27,923 nt of DNA from a virus. Lineage: Duplodnaviria; Caudoviricetes. The translations under genes were made by a program, and so were the position numbers. The stretch spans positions 1-27,923 of the IMG/VR virus record IMGVR_UViG_3300030098_000745. One strand, written 5' to 3'. Positions 1 to 7,726 of this stretch are shown one piece after another. The notes under the pieces are model-generated. The model worked only from the letters and a program-made list of their open reading frames with translations, made no database searches and was not told where the DNA came from. The stretch's first letter is position 1, and every line of letters starts with the position of its first letter.

Positions 1-128
1 TCCTGTGAACTGTTCCCATCTTTCTATAATTACATCACAGTATTTAGTATCTAATTCCATTCCATAACATATTCTATTTGTTTTTTCACAAGCTATTAAT
101 GTTGAACCACTACCAAGAAATAAATCAA
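1..128. repeat. Terminal direct repeat, copy 1 (circular assembly overlap)
   Basis: 1-128 is identical to 27796-27923 (tcctgtgaac...taaatcaa) and lies inside a reading frame that continues across the junction. Confidence 0.95.
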
Positions 129-1110
129 CTACTTTAGTGTGTTTAAATTTCTTTAACAATATGCTTAACATTTCAACTGGTTTCATTGTTGGGTGTGGTT
201 TTATTCCATTAACTTTGTCTTTCATTCTGTTTGCCCAACTTACATATTCATATCTAATTATTTCTCTTTTTATTTTTCTTTTTGAAAATATGGTTTCAAA
301 TGCTGAGCCAATAATATTGTCATACCTTTCTTCAACCCTTTTATCCCATATTAACCAACTACCATTATTTTTATTAGGTATTAAGTCCGAATAATAATCT
401 GCACCAAACAATAAAATATCTTTGCAGTAATCAAATTTTTTAAAAATTAATGTTGGATTAAACTCTTTATCATCATTAATTATATTATTGTGTTTTTTTC
501 CTGCTTTTATTTTTTCATTTCCTAGCTTTGAATAATCAGCATCTAAATCCATTCCATAAGGTGGGTCAGTAAATACCATATCTGCCTTTTCTCCATTCAT
601 TAGTTTATTAACATCACTTTCTTTTGTGCTATCTCCACACATCAATCTGTGTTTTCCCAATTTCCAAACATCACCTAATTTAACTCTACTTTCTTTTACT
701 TCTGGAATATGGTCATCTTCTGTATTACCCTCTGTAATTTTATCTATATTAATATCAAGGTCAATGTGTTTAAAACCCCAATCAACAAGCTCATCAATAT
801 CAAATTCATTAGCTAAAATATCCATATCAAAATCACCTGTATTTTTATTTAGTCTAATGTTTAATTCTCTTTCTTCTTCTTTTGATAGGTCTAATACTAC
901 ACAATCAATTTCTTTGTGTTTTAATTCCTTGCATATTTTATAGCGTTGGTGTCCACCTATTATTGTGAAATCTTTATTAGTAATGATAGGATCAACAAGA
1001 CCAAACTTTTCAACTGATGACTTTAGGTCTTTATATTGCTTTGTGCTAATTTGTCTAGGATTATAAGTAGCAGGTTTTAATTTATTTATTTCTATTTTTT
1101 CTATTTTCAT
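1..1110 (-). CDS. ParB/Srx-like N-terminal domain fused to an N4/N6 DNA methyltransferase (376 aa; wraps the junction and ends at 27775). Missed by the ORF track.
   Basis: Manual translation from ATG 1110: MKIEKIEINKLKPATYNPRQIS...FGLVDPII...IIGGHQR (ParB-N), then LGKHRLMCGDST, VFTDPPYG, HPTMKPVEM, DLFLGSGSTLIACEK, GMELDTKYCDVIIERWEQFTG|QKATKL*. Confidence 0.92.
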   Translation of the reverse strand, partial: MKIEKIEINKLKPATYNPRQISTKQYKDLKSSVEKFGLVDPIITNKDFTIIGGHQRYKICKELKHKEIDCVVLDLSKEEERELNIRLNKNTGDFDMDILANEFDIDELVDWGFKHIDLDINIDKITEGNTEDDHIPEVKESRVKLGDVWKLGKHRLMCGDSTKESDVNKLMNGEKADMVFTDPPYGMDLDADYSKLGNEKIKAGKKHNNIINDDKEFNPTLIFKKFDYCKDILLFGADYYSDLIPNKNNGSWLIWDKRVEERYDNIIGSAFETIFSKRKIKREIIRYEYVSWANRMKDKVNGIKPHPTMKPVEMLSILLKKFKHTKVVDLFLGSGSTLIACEKTNRICYGMELDTKYCDVIIERWEQFTG

Positions 1111-1393
1111 CTAATTGTTTATTTAATTCTATTAATGCGTAAACTTGAACGCATACATTTTCCAAGTGTTTTATTCTAACGTACATATTAAAACATTTGT
1201 CATTTTCTGCGTTTATGTGACAATATCTACATAATCCAACAAGGTTTTCAATATAGTCATTTGTCACTTTATTTCTAGTTCTACGTTCTAGGTGATGTAT
1301 ATCAACTGCCCTGCTCCCACACATTTCACAAGGTATAAAATCATTTTCAACATAGCTGAAAAACTGCATATATATTTTAGTGTGTTTCTGCAA
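1082..1393 (-). CDS. HNH endonuclease (TTG start)
   Basis: CEMC...DIHH...IENLVGLCRYCH, the Zn-binding HNH pattern. Confidence 0.85.
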   Translation of the reverse strand: MQKHTKIYMQFFSYVENDFIPCEMCGSRAVDIHHLERRTRNKVTNDYIENLVGLCRYCHINAENDKCFNMYVRIKHLENVCVQVYALIELNKQLDENRKNRNK

Positions 1394-1529
1394 TTTGTTT
1401 TTCTCTTTTTTTTAGTTTATCATTTTCTCCTTTTATAATCATATCAGTATTACAAAAACAGCAACATCCATCTTCTATTAATGACATTCTAACACATCTA
1501 AGGCAAAATCTAAATATCTGATTCATCAT
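1377..1529 (-). CDS. Small Cys-rich, putative Zn-ribbon protein (50 aa); not in ORF track
   Basis: MMNQIFRFCLRCVRMSLIEDGCCCFCNTD...; fills the gap and overlaps both neighbours. Confidence 0.6.
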   Translation of the reverse strand: MMNQIFRFCLRCVRMSLIEDGCCCFCNTDMIIKGENDKLKKREKQIAETH

Positions 1530-1887
1530 TATTTACTTTACAACTATTAACATATACCTTAGCTAATTTTGCTACTGTCTGTTGAACACATGAGCCACAA
1601 CTAGATGGCTTTTTATTAGCATTAAAAACTTTATTATATAGCTTAACAAGTATTGCTTGGTCTTCTCTTTTTACTGTTCCCTTTATTCTAGGTAATACTG
1701 ATTCATATATAGACATTTCATCTTCTGTAAATTGTCTTACTTTTGCATAAGGAAACATTTTATTTAGCACTTGTTTGCGTTCTTCACAACCACAATCATC
1801 ACCAAGCACTTTTTTAGCCACCTTATCAATGCCTGTTTTTTTCAATACCTTTTCTATTGAATCACCTAAACCTTTACTTTTTGTCAT
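1510..1887 (-). CDS. Phage hypothetical protein, Cys-containing
   Basis: KGLGDSIEKV...DDCGCEERK...SCGSC motifs; fits the operon packing. Confidence 0.75.
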   Translation of the reverse strand: MTKSKGLGDSIEKVLKKTGIDKVAKKVLGDDCGCEERKQVLNKMFPYAKVRQFTEDEMSIYESVLPRIKGTVKREDQAILVKLYNKVFNANKKPSSCGSCVQQTVAKLAKVYVNSCKVNNDESDI

Positions 1888-2113
1888 CGTTTAAACCTTT
1901 TAAAATTTTATCTTTTAATTTAACATCATCTATTATATTGAAGGTTCTTTGCAACATAACATTAATTGAGTTTGTAATTATATTCATATAATGAGGTTGC
2001 TCAGCTAAAAAGTATTCTTTTCCCTTTTCATCTTTAAAGGATAAAACACTATCGGTTTTAAAGTCTGTGCTTTTACAATTTTTTAATGCTCTTATGATTC
2101 TGGTTTTTTTCAT
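1874..2113 (-). CDS. Hypothetical protein
   Basis: 79-aa ORF overlapping its neighbours in the operon. Confidence 0.65.
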   Translation of the reverse strand: MKKTRIIRALKNCKSTDFKTDSVLSFKDEKGKEYFLAEQPHYMNIITNSINVMLQRTFNIIDDVKLKDKILKGLNDDKK

Positions 2114-2205
2114 GATATTGCAAATGCTAAAAATGTTAATACTATTATAACAGTTAATGTAACTATTACGTTTGCTATTTTTTCTTCTTCATTATCAGTA
2201 AACAT
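2110..2205 (-). CDS. Small single-TM peptide (31 aa); not in ORF track
   Basis: MFTDNEEEKIANVIVTLTVIIVLTFLAFAIS*; ATGA overlap with the 2113 start, and begins directly after the sigma-gene stop. Confidence 0.55.
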   Translation of the reverse strand: MFTDNEEEKIANVIVTLTVIIVLTFLAFAIS

Positions 2206-2206
2206 A

Positions 2207-2710
2207 TTATTTTTCTTTAATTAAAAACTTCTTTACATTATTAATTGCTTTAAATAATGTGTTCCTATTTATCTTAGTTGCTTTAGCCATGCTATTTAAT
2301 GAGTGTTCTTCATGGTAATAAATTCTAAAACATTGTGCATCAAACCAATAACAATCCTGTAATTTATCTTCAACCCACTCTAATCTTTCTTCTAGTAATA
2401 TCTTGTCTTGTATAGTATAATCAATAACATCTGGCGTAATAGCTTCTATTGTTGATGTGGTGTGAAACTCATAATACTTATCGTACTTGTAATAATATCT
2501 ACTTGTCTTTGAGTGATATTGATTAAGCATTATTCTAATGACATAAAAAGTCATTTTATTATTTTCAATTATTTCTTTGATCCTATCTTGGTCGCATTTG
2601 TAAAGTTCTTCAATTACAAAACTCAACAAATCATCACCATCACCATTTGTAATGTTATAAGCTACATCTTTTAGTTTGTTGTAGTTTTCTATTAAGTATT
2701 TATTTAACAT
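2207..2710 (-). CDS. ECF-type sigma70-like factor, putative late-gene regulator
   Basis: 167 aa; region-2-like YNKLKDVAYNIT..GDDLLSFV and region-4-like HTH CFRIYYHEEHSLNSMAKATKINRNTLFKAINNVKK. Confidence 0.75.
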   Translation of the reverse strand: MLNKYLIENYNKLKDVAYNITNGDGDDLLSFVIEELYKCDQDRIKEIIENNKMTFYVIRIMLNQYHSKTSRYYYKYDKYYEFHTTSTIEAITPDVIDYTIQDKILLEERLEWVEDKLQDCYWFDAQCFRIYYHEEHSLNSMAKATKINRNTLFKAINNVKKFLIKEK

Positions 2711-2985
2711 ACTTTAATAACTGAGGGTACATTCATCTGCTTCATTAGATTGTATTCTACACTGCTCAATTTACTTATTTCTATTTCTGCTATATTAGAA
2801 AATCTGTTTTGCAGTTTCTTATAAATATAATTTTTTATATTATCATTTTTTTTCAAATTTCTTAAAACAAATGACATCTCTGCACCTGAATCAAATAAAA
2901 TTATAAACAATAGGTTGTTTGTATCTACATAATCCCAATGCAATCTTTCTGTTCTAGTGTTAAAAAATGTAGGTTTAACTTTCAT
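2704..2985 (-). CDS. Hypothetical protein
   Basis: 93-aa ORF overlapping its neighbours. Confidence 0.65.
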   Translation of the reverse strand: MKVKPTFFNTRTERLHWDYVDTNNLLFIILFDSGAEMSFVLRNLKKNDNIKNYIYKKLQNRFSNIAEIEISKLSSVEYNLMKQMNVPSVIKVC

Positions 2986-3187
2986 TGTATTTTTGAATTA
3001 ACTCATCTATTCTATCATCATCAAAATAAGTATCATCTTCTCCATAATAAGAAATATCTACACCATCTTGATTAACATTAAATTGTAAATTATATTGTAT
3101 ATTTTCAGCATATCCATCTTCTCCTATTTCTTTTTTTTGTACTATTTTGCCTTTTGGCGTTAAGTCAAATGCTATTGGTAATCTCAT
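2975..3187 (-). CDS. Hypothetical acidic protein
   Basis: 70-aa ORF in the operon. Confidence 0.6.
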   Translation of the reverse strand: MRLPIAFDLTPKGKIVQKKEIGEDGYAENIQYNLQFNVNQDGVDISYYGEDDTYFDDDRIDELIQKYNES

Positions 3188-3202
3188 AATTTTAAGTATT
3201 TA

Positions 3203-3559
3203 TTATTTTATTATTCCCTCTAAATAACGATTAATAAGAGCTAATGCTTCATCTATACCATTACATATTTCTGCCTTATACCCTCTATCTCTTAATTGGT
3301 CACGCCACCATATTTGTTCATTTGTTGCTTTATTATATCCAACTTTTAATTCAATAGCACACCCTGCATATAATTTATCACCTATTTTAGAAATTTCATA
3401 TATAAACAAATCAGGAAAACCTTTTTTGTAACCACTCTTTTTAGCTTTTATACGCTGACTAAAATGTGCTTGGTATTGACCACCCATAGAGCCACAATAT
3501 AAAACATTGTTTAAGTCTAGATATTTACATACTGCCTTTTGTAATTGGTATTCTTTCAT
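3203..3559 (-). CDS. VRR-NUC domain (PD-(D/E)xK) nuclease
   Basis: MKEYQLQKAV...KKGFPDLFI...IELKVG...ATNEQIWW...L.DRGY. Confidence 0.88.
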   Translation of the reverse strand: MKEYQLQKAVCKYLDLNNVLYCGSMGGQYQAHFSQRIKAKKSGYKKGFPDLFIYEISKIGDKLYAGCAIELKVGYNKATNEQIWWRDQLRDRGYKAEICNGIDEALALINRYLEGIIK

Positions 3560-3672
3560 CTATAAAATTTATATATTAAATAAGATATAATTGGAGTTGT
3601 CATTAGTATTGTAAATAAATTAATATGTGGCTCACCACAAAACCCCAATAAGTGCTTTAAAATTTCCATCAT
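3556..3672 (-). CDS. Small membrane peptide (38 aa); not in ORF track
   Basis: MMEILKHLLGFCGEPHINLFTILMTTPIISYLIYKFYR*; ATGA overlaps at both ends. Confidence 0.6.
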   Translation of the reverse strand: MMEILKHLLGFCGEPHINLFTILMTTPIISYLIYKFYR

Positions 3673-4253
3673 TTCTTAACCCATTTTGCCTGTCCACTAT
3701 AATTATTCACTTCTTTTATATAACCCAATGATTCTAGGTGTTTATGGTATTCTCTAGTCTTATTAACATCTTGTTCTATTCTTTTAGCATAATGTATATC
3801 GTAATAATCAGGAAAAGAAATATCATTATAATAATTACTTTTCTTTACTTTACTTTTACTTATACTCTTATTTACTTTACTAGCATTGCGGTCGCTATGC
3901 GTTTGCATTGCGTTTGCATTATTCCATCTTTTATTTGCGTTTTCTTTTGCTTTTATAGACTTATTATTTATTTCTTCTATATGATTATTTAACCTCTTAG
4001 AATAAAAACAATCATCTTCTATTACAAACAAATCAAAATCTTCTATAACTTGTTTTAATTTATTAGGATCACATTGTAAACCAAATGCAAGAGCATCATA
4101 ATCTTCAATACATATTTTATTTTCTTCTATAAATAACATTTCTAATAAAGACCAGAATATACCATAACCCTCATAACCTAATTTAGCTCTAAGTTTTATT
4201 ATTCTGTAATCGTTTCGTGCGTTGCTATCGTGGTTAAAATATGTTTTTTTCAT
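3669..4253 (-). CDS. Replication initiator / replisome organizer (DUF4373/Lin1244-like N-terminus)
   Basis: YFNHDSNARND...KLGYEGYGIFWSLLEML...FYSKRL...ANKRW, then a low-complexity SKVNKSISKSKVKKS linker. Confidence 0.8.
   Translation of the reverse strand: MKKTYFNHDSNARNDYRIIKLRAKLGYEGYGIFWSLLEMLFIEENKICIEDYDALAFGLQCDPNKLKQVIEDFDLFVIEDDCFYSKRLNNHIEEINNKSIKAKENANKRWNNANAMQTHSDRNASKVNKSISKSKVKKSNYYNDISFPDYYDIHYAKRIEQDVNKTREYHKHLESLGYIKEVNNYSGQAKWVKK
3836..3942. repeat. Putative replication origin: short iteron-like repeats plus an AT-rich TTTAC tract inside the initiator gene
   Basis: GCGTTTGCATT twice in tandem (3899-3920) with GCATTGCG/TTTGCGTTT variants nearby, next to TTTAC repeats; resembles origins inside lambdoid initiator genes. 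Confidence 0.45.
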
Positions 4254-4269
4254 AGTAGTATTATATTAA

Positions 4270-4329
4270 GAAAGTGCCTGTGCTAAAAATTAAATTAAAT
4301 ATAGAAAAAATAAAAACACAGACACTTTC
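4270..4329 (-). promoter_or_regulatory. 13-bp stem-loop in the leader of the initiator gene
   Basis: GAAAGTGCCTGTG (4270-4282) and CACAGACACTTTC (4317-4329); the single mismatch is a G-U pair on the minus (sense) strand. Confidence 0.55.
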
Positions 4330-4337
4330 AGGAATAA

Positions 4338-4655
4338 TTAAAATGGGGGGTTATTTCCTAATTGAATTTCATCATCTTCAATTCTAGCTTCTTTAATCAT
4401 TAAAGTATTATAGAACTTAGTATTATATTCTCTACTTTTTATATAAAAATCTATATTTACAAACTGACCCTCAGTTAGTTTTCTATCATGCTCAATAACA
4501 TTAATAGCTTCTTGTCCAAATATCTCAAATTGCATTTGATTATCAAAACCTGTTTCAGTTTCTTCAATGGTGACTAGCTTTTTTACAAAATCACCTTTTT
4601 TAGTATTAATATCTAAATTTTGAACACTTATTATTTTTCCTCTTATTTTATACAT
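4338..4655 (-). CDS. DUF3127-like OB-fold ssDNA-binding protein
   Basis: IRGKI...FEIFGQE...GQFVNIDFYIKSREYNTKFYNTL; acidic tail ending PPF as in SSBs. Confidence 0.75.
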   Translation of the reverse strand: MYKIRGKIISVQNLDINTKKGDFVKKLVTIEETETGFDNQMQFEIFGQEAINVIEHDRKLTEGQFVNIDFYIKSREYNTKFYNTLMIKEARIEDDEIQLGNNPPF

Positions 4656-4670
4656 CTGTTTATTTATTTA

Positions 4671-5060
4671 TTAATTATTACTTCTTTTAAAATCTTCTGC
4701 TTCCATTTCACCAAATACATTGTTTTCATAAAACCCTGCTAACTTTAAACACGCCCTGCTCATAGCTCTTTTTTCAGCCATAGCAATAGGATATGAATTT
4801 TGATTATTCATCGGTGCTGCTTCACCAAAGGTTTCAATAACCTTATCACCCATTGTTGCAGTTGCTTTAATTATTACACATTTTGTATCTGGTGAATTAT
4901 AGATTAATTTATAACATATTCTAATGTCATTAGATGCTTGTATTTTATCAATACCACTTCTAGTGATTATAGTATAAAATTTATGTTTAAAATAATCTTC
5001 ATCAGTTAAATTGTTTTCTATAAACAATCTATTTAAAATCTCCTGTTTAGTTTCTTTCAT
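4671..5060 (-). CDS. Putative single-strand annealing/recombination protein (Rad52/Sak-like)
   Basis: IITRSGIDKIQ...ETFGEA...YPIAMAEKRAMSRA.LKLAG; adjacent to the SSB-like gene. Confidence 0.5.
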   Translation of the reverse strand: MKETKQEILNRLFIENNLTDEDYFKHKFYTIITRSGIDKIQASNDIRICYKLIYNSPDTKCVIIKATATMGDKVIETFGEAAPMNNQNSYPIAMAEKRAMSRACLKLAGFYENNVFGEMEAEDFKRSNN

Positions 5061-5061
5061 A

Positions 5062-5262
5062 TCATTTTATATTTAAAATCAATTCTTGATTAAGCATATA
5101 GCATAATTGTTTTAATTCTTTTACCTTAAAAGTATCAGGATCTTTTAACCTCAATAACATTGTAGGATAAGATAATTCTAACATATCAGCTAAGTCTTTC
5201 TTATTAATATCATATTTATACATAGCAAACTTTATTTGCTCTTTTAATTTTTCATTCATCAT
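5062..5262 (-). CDS. Cro/XRE-like HTH regulator
   Basis: INKKDLADMLELSYPTMLLRLKDPDTFKVKEL; first gene of the leftward operon. Confidence 0.8.
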   Translation of the reverse strand: MMNEKLKEQIKFAMYKYDINKKDLADMLELSYPTMLLRLKDPDTFKVKELKQLCYMLNQELILNIK

Positions 5263-5329
5263 TATTCATTTAAAATTATAGCACAATAATAATAAATATA
5301 TTTAATATAAGCTTAAAATAATTTAATAG

Positions 5330-5354
5330 TTATTAACATTTGGATTGTTAATAA
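5330..5354. promoter_or_regulatory. Inverted repeat TTATTAACA-N7-TGTTAATAA (operator-like)
   Basis: Perfect 9-bp arms in the divergent intergenic region. Confidence 0.5.
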
Positions 5355-5372
5355 GTAAAAAGAATAATTGCG

Positions 5373-5402
5373 TTTGTATTAAAATAATTTTACATATATT
5401 TG
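5373..5402 (+). promoter_or_regulatory. Bacteroidota housekeeping-sigma promoter (-33 TTTG, -7 TAnnTTTG)
   Basis: TTTG at 5373-5376, 18-nt spacer, TATATTTG at 5395-5402, upstream of the plus-strand operon. Confidence 0.7.
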
Positions 5403-5409
5403 TGTAAAC

Positions 5410-5450
5410 AATTAAAAACAAGTATAAATTAAAAATATAGAAATTATGAA
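5410..5450 (+). repeat. 41-bp direct repeat, copy 1 (includes start codon)
   Basis: aattaaaaacaagtataaattaaaaatatagaaattATGaa. Confidence 0.9.
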
Positions 5451-5604
5451 TTACTTAATTAAAATAATAGAAACAAACGAAATTTGGGATTTCAATACAA
5501 AAGAGGATATGATAAACTTTTCTAATAATCTTGGTGAATCTCACAAATTAATGCAAGTTGATTCTAATGATGATTGTAATGAATTAAAAACAATTTGGAT
5601 ATAA
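5446..5604 (+). CDS. Small hypothetical protein (52 aa) between the repeats; not in ORF track
   Basis: MNYLIKIIETNEIWDFNTKEDMINFSNNLGESHKLMQVDSNDDCNELKTIWI*; has the same leader as the 5643 gene. Confidence 0.7.
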   Translation: MNYLIKIIETNEIWDFNTKEDMINFSNNLGESHKLMQVDSNDDCNELKTIWI

Positions 5605-5606
5605 AT

Positions 5607-5647
5607 AATTAAAACAAGTATAAATTAAAAAATATAGAAATTATGAA
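5607..5647 (+). repeat. 41-bp direct repeat, copy 2 (includes start codon)
   Basis: aattaaaacaagtataaattaaaaaatatagaaattATGaa; differs from copy 1 only in A-run lengths. Confidence 0.9.
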
Positions 5648-5909
5648 AACAGAATTATATAAAACAATCAATTTAAGTGTTAATGAATCAGCTACATTAT
5701 TAGTTGTTATTGATAAACAAATAGAACATGAAATAGAATCTATTAACTTTTGGTTTGAAAGACTTAATGGTGCAGGTACAACTCAAGATGTTAGAGAGTG
5801 GACTGCTAGTATTAAAAATGCAAAAGAAAGATTAAAAGCATTAAGGTCAATACAAGCTAATGTAATAGGTAGCGAAATAATTACAAAACATAACTTAGAA
5901 ACTGCATAA
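5643..5909 (+). CDS. Hypothetical early protein
   Basis: 88-aa ORF with a TAATG overlap into the next gene. Confidence 0.7.
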   Translation: MKTELYKTINLSVNESATLLVVIDKQIEHEIESINFWFERLNGAGTTQDVREWTASIKNAKERLKALRSIQANVIGSEIITKHNLETA

Positions 5910-6160
5910 TGATTAAACAATATACAATACAAGGAAAAGGTTACTTTAATTATATTACTAAAGATACTTATTTGTCAAATAAAGAGTTTACAGACATTAA
6001 GTGTAGTTATGGATGTATAGAGTTTAAAGGTACTGAAAAGCAATTAAGTTCATTTTTAGAAAAACTTTATGATGATGAAAGCACTTTTAAAGTCATAGGG
6101 GTACATGAAGAAGATGAAGAATTAGAAAACTATTTTAAAAAATTATTTAATAAACTATGA
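5909..6160 (+). CDS. Hypothetical early protein
   Basis: 83-aa ORF coupled to both neighbours. Confidence 0.7.
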   Translation: MIKQYTIQGKGYFNYITKDTYLSNKEFTDIKCSYGCIEFKGTEKQLSSFLEKLYDDESTFKVIGVHEEDEELENYFKKLFNKL

Positions 6161-6432
6161 GAGCAACACATAAAACAAGATTACTAGATTATCTTAAAAA
6201 TTACGGAAGCGTTACAAGTTTAGAAGCCATTAGGGACTTAGGAAATACCAGACTTTCTGATACTATATTTAGACTAAAAAAAGATGGTTACAATATAGAT
6301 ACTGATAGGGTTAAGGTTAAAACAAGGTTCACAAAAGCTAATGGTGATAGTGTTTTTACGGAAGTCGCAAGGTATAGCTTGAGCATTACAGACCGAACCA
6401 CTTTAGGATATGATCCGAATACTTGGAAATAA
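6157..6432 (+). CDS. Winged-HTH DNA-binding protein (HTH_39-like)
   Basis: LLDYLKNYGSVTSLEAIRDLGNTRLSDTIFRLKKDGYNI...VARYSL. Confidence 0.75.
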   Translation: MRATHKTRLLDYLKNYGSVTSLEAIRDLGNTRLSDTIFRLKKDGYNIDTDRVKVKTRFTKANGDSVFTEVARYSLSITDRTTLGYDPNTWK

Positions 6433-6438
6433 AACAAA

Positions 6439-6492
6439 AGGCGTATTTAAAGTATGAGATGACCAAATCTTTTAAATACCTTATTTACGCCT
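6439..6492. terminator. Long imperfect hairpin at the convergence of the plus and minus operons
   Basis: AGGCGTA/TACGCCT outer arms, GTATTTAAA/TTTAAATAC inner arms and an AGAT/ATCT cap. Confidence 0.45.
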
Positions 6493-6493
6493 C

Positions 6494-6625
6494 TTATTTT
6501 TTAAGTTTATTAATCAGCTCTTTAAAATCTTGACGCATACTTTTTATATCATAGACTTTTTTATTGTCTTTGTTATATGTATAATATGCACCAAGTTCTA
6601 GCTTTTCTTTGTATATATGTTTCAT
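6494..6625 (-). CDS. Small hypothetical protein (43 aa); not in ORF track
   Basis: MKHIYKEKLELGAYYTYNKDNKKVYDIKSMRQDFKELINKLKK*; ATGA overlap with the phosphoesterase stop. Confidence 0.6.
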   Translation of the reverse strand: MKHIYKEKLELGAYYTYNKDNKKVYDIKSMRQDFKELINKLKK

Positions 6626-7344
6626 AATTCCATTAATAAATTTACGGGTAATTTTCCGTTATTCAAAACTACACCACAACCAATAGCAGGTTTTTTACCA
6701 TACTTAGCATACGCAAAGCTATATTCAGAAAAATTTATACCTGCCCCAATTTGCATTCCAAATACTCTAAAATTTTGACCAACATAATGCTCACAATATG
6801 CTTGTGTGTGTAGGTGTCCTTGTACTGTATTCATTATATCAGCTCTACACTTAGTTCTAGCAGTACCACCCTCACCATGAATATATTGAACATTATTCTT
6901 TTCGTATCTTTCCACAAAGTTCCAATCAGGCACTTCTAAGACTTCTTTGTAGCTTTTAATCCATTTGCTTGGTATTGATGATGTTTGTGCCTTACGCATT
7001 ACCATTCTATCATGGTTTCCAATGATAACTGTTGCAACAGGAAACGCATTACGCCATCTTGCTATTCTTTTTATTGCTAATTCTAATTCATCAGCACCAC
7101 CCATTCCATCAGCATTTGTTTCATGATAACTTGCATAATGATTGTCTATTATATCACCAATAAACACAACTTCATCACATTGAAATTCAAAATATTTTTC
7201 AATGCAAAAGTCTAAGTATTCATCTAAGCAAAAGGGTTCATGCAAATCTCCAATTACTAAAATGTTATTAGCATCAGTGTCACGCATATTCTTAATCAGG
7301 TCATGTTCTGTTTTAGTTAAGCGTAATCTGTGGTCTCTTTTCAA
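6622..7344 (-). CDS. Calcineurin-like metallophosphoesterase (TTG start)
   Basis: GDLH, GDIID, GNHD, IHG and GHLH motifs all present. Confidence 0.9.
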   Translation of the reverse strand: MKRDHRLRLTKTEHDLIKNMRDTDANNILVIGDLHEPFCLDEYLDFCIEKYFEFQCDEVVFIGDIIDNHYASYHETNADGMGGADELELAIKRIARWRNAFPVATVIIGNHDRMVMRKAQTSSIPSKWIKSYKEVLEVPDWNFVERYEKNNVQYIHGEGGTARTKCRADIMNTVQGHLHTQAYCEHYVGQNFRVFGMQIGAGINFSEYSFAYAKYGKKPAIGCGVVLNNGKLPVNLLMEL

Positions 7345-7345
7345 A

Positions 7346-7726
7346 TTATTTATTTTTAATTTTCTCTATACTCCTACCTGCAAAATATGCAGAGTAAACA
7401 CAAAGTAATAGAGTTTGATATATTGGTATATATGATGGTGATATTTTAAAGCCACCAACATTACCATCAAACATTGATATTATTACAAATACCAATGTTA
7501 AAAAAACAAGTGTTAAAGGTCTTATATTTGCAGGAAGCCAACCTGCTTTGCTATCTGCTTCCCATCTTCTAGTCACTTGTTCTTGTGCTGAACTTTCAGC
7601 TTGTGTCAAAACTTGCTTCAATTTAATCTTTAAAGTCTTACGTTCTTCATCAGTGGTTACAACGTTATCAACTAAGTTATTAACATCTAAACCTACATTT
7701 CCAAATAAAGTTTTTAAAAATTTCAT
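7346..7726 (-). CDS. Holin (GTA 3TM-holin-like)
   Basis: VTTDEER...RWEADSKAGWLPANIRPLTLVFL...AYFAGRSIEK; hydrophobic segments; next to the endolysin. Confidence 0.8.
   Translation of the reverse strand: MKFLKTLFGNVGLDVNNLVDNVVTTDEERKTLKIKLKQVLTQAESSAQEQVTRRWEADSKAGWLPANIRPLTLVFLTLVFVIISMFDGNVGGFKISPSYIPIYQTLLLCVYSAYFAGRSIEKIKNK

Noticed and set aside
137-943. Plus-strand ORFs 137-394 and 626-943
   Set aside because: Antisense shadows of the ParB-MTase, which has clear motifs on the minus strand.
1-1110. ParB domain as evidence of plasmid-prophage partitioning
   Set aside because: It is the common ParB-N/MTase fusion; no ParA or parS array was recognised.
2702-2729. Resemblance to the XerD arm of a dif site (GTATGTTAAAT on the minus strand)
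   Set aside because: It coincides with the ATG TTA AAT start of the sigma gene and has no XerC arm.
5410-5647. CRISPR mini-array interpretation of the 41-bp repeats
   Set aside because: Only two non-palindromic copies, a 156-bp coding spacer, and no cas genes.
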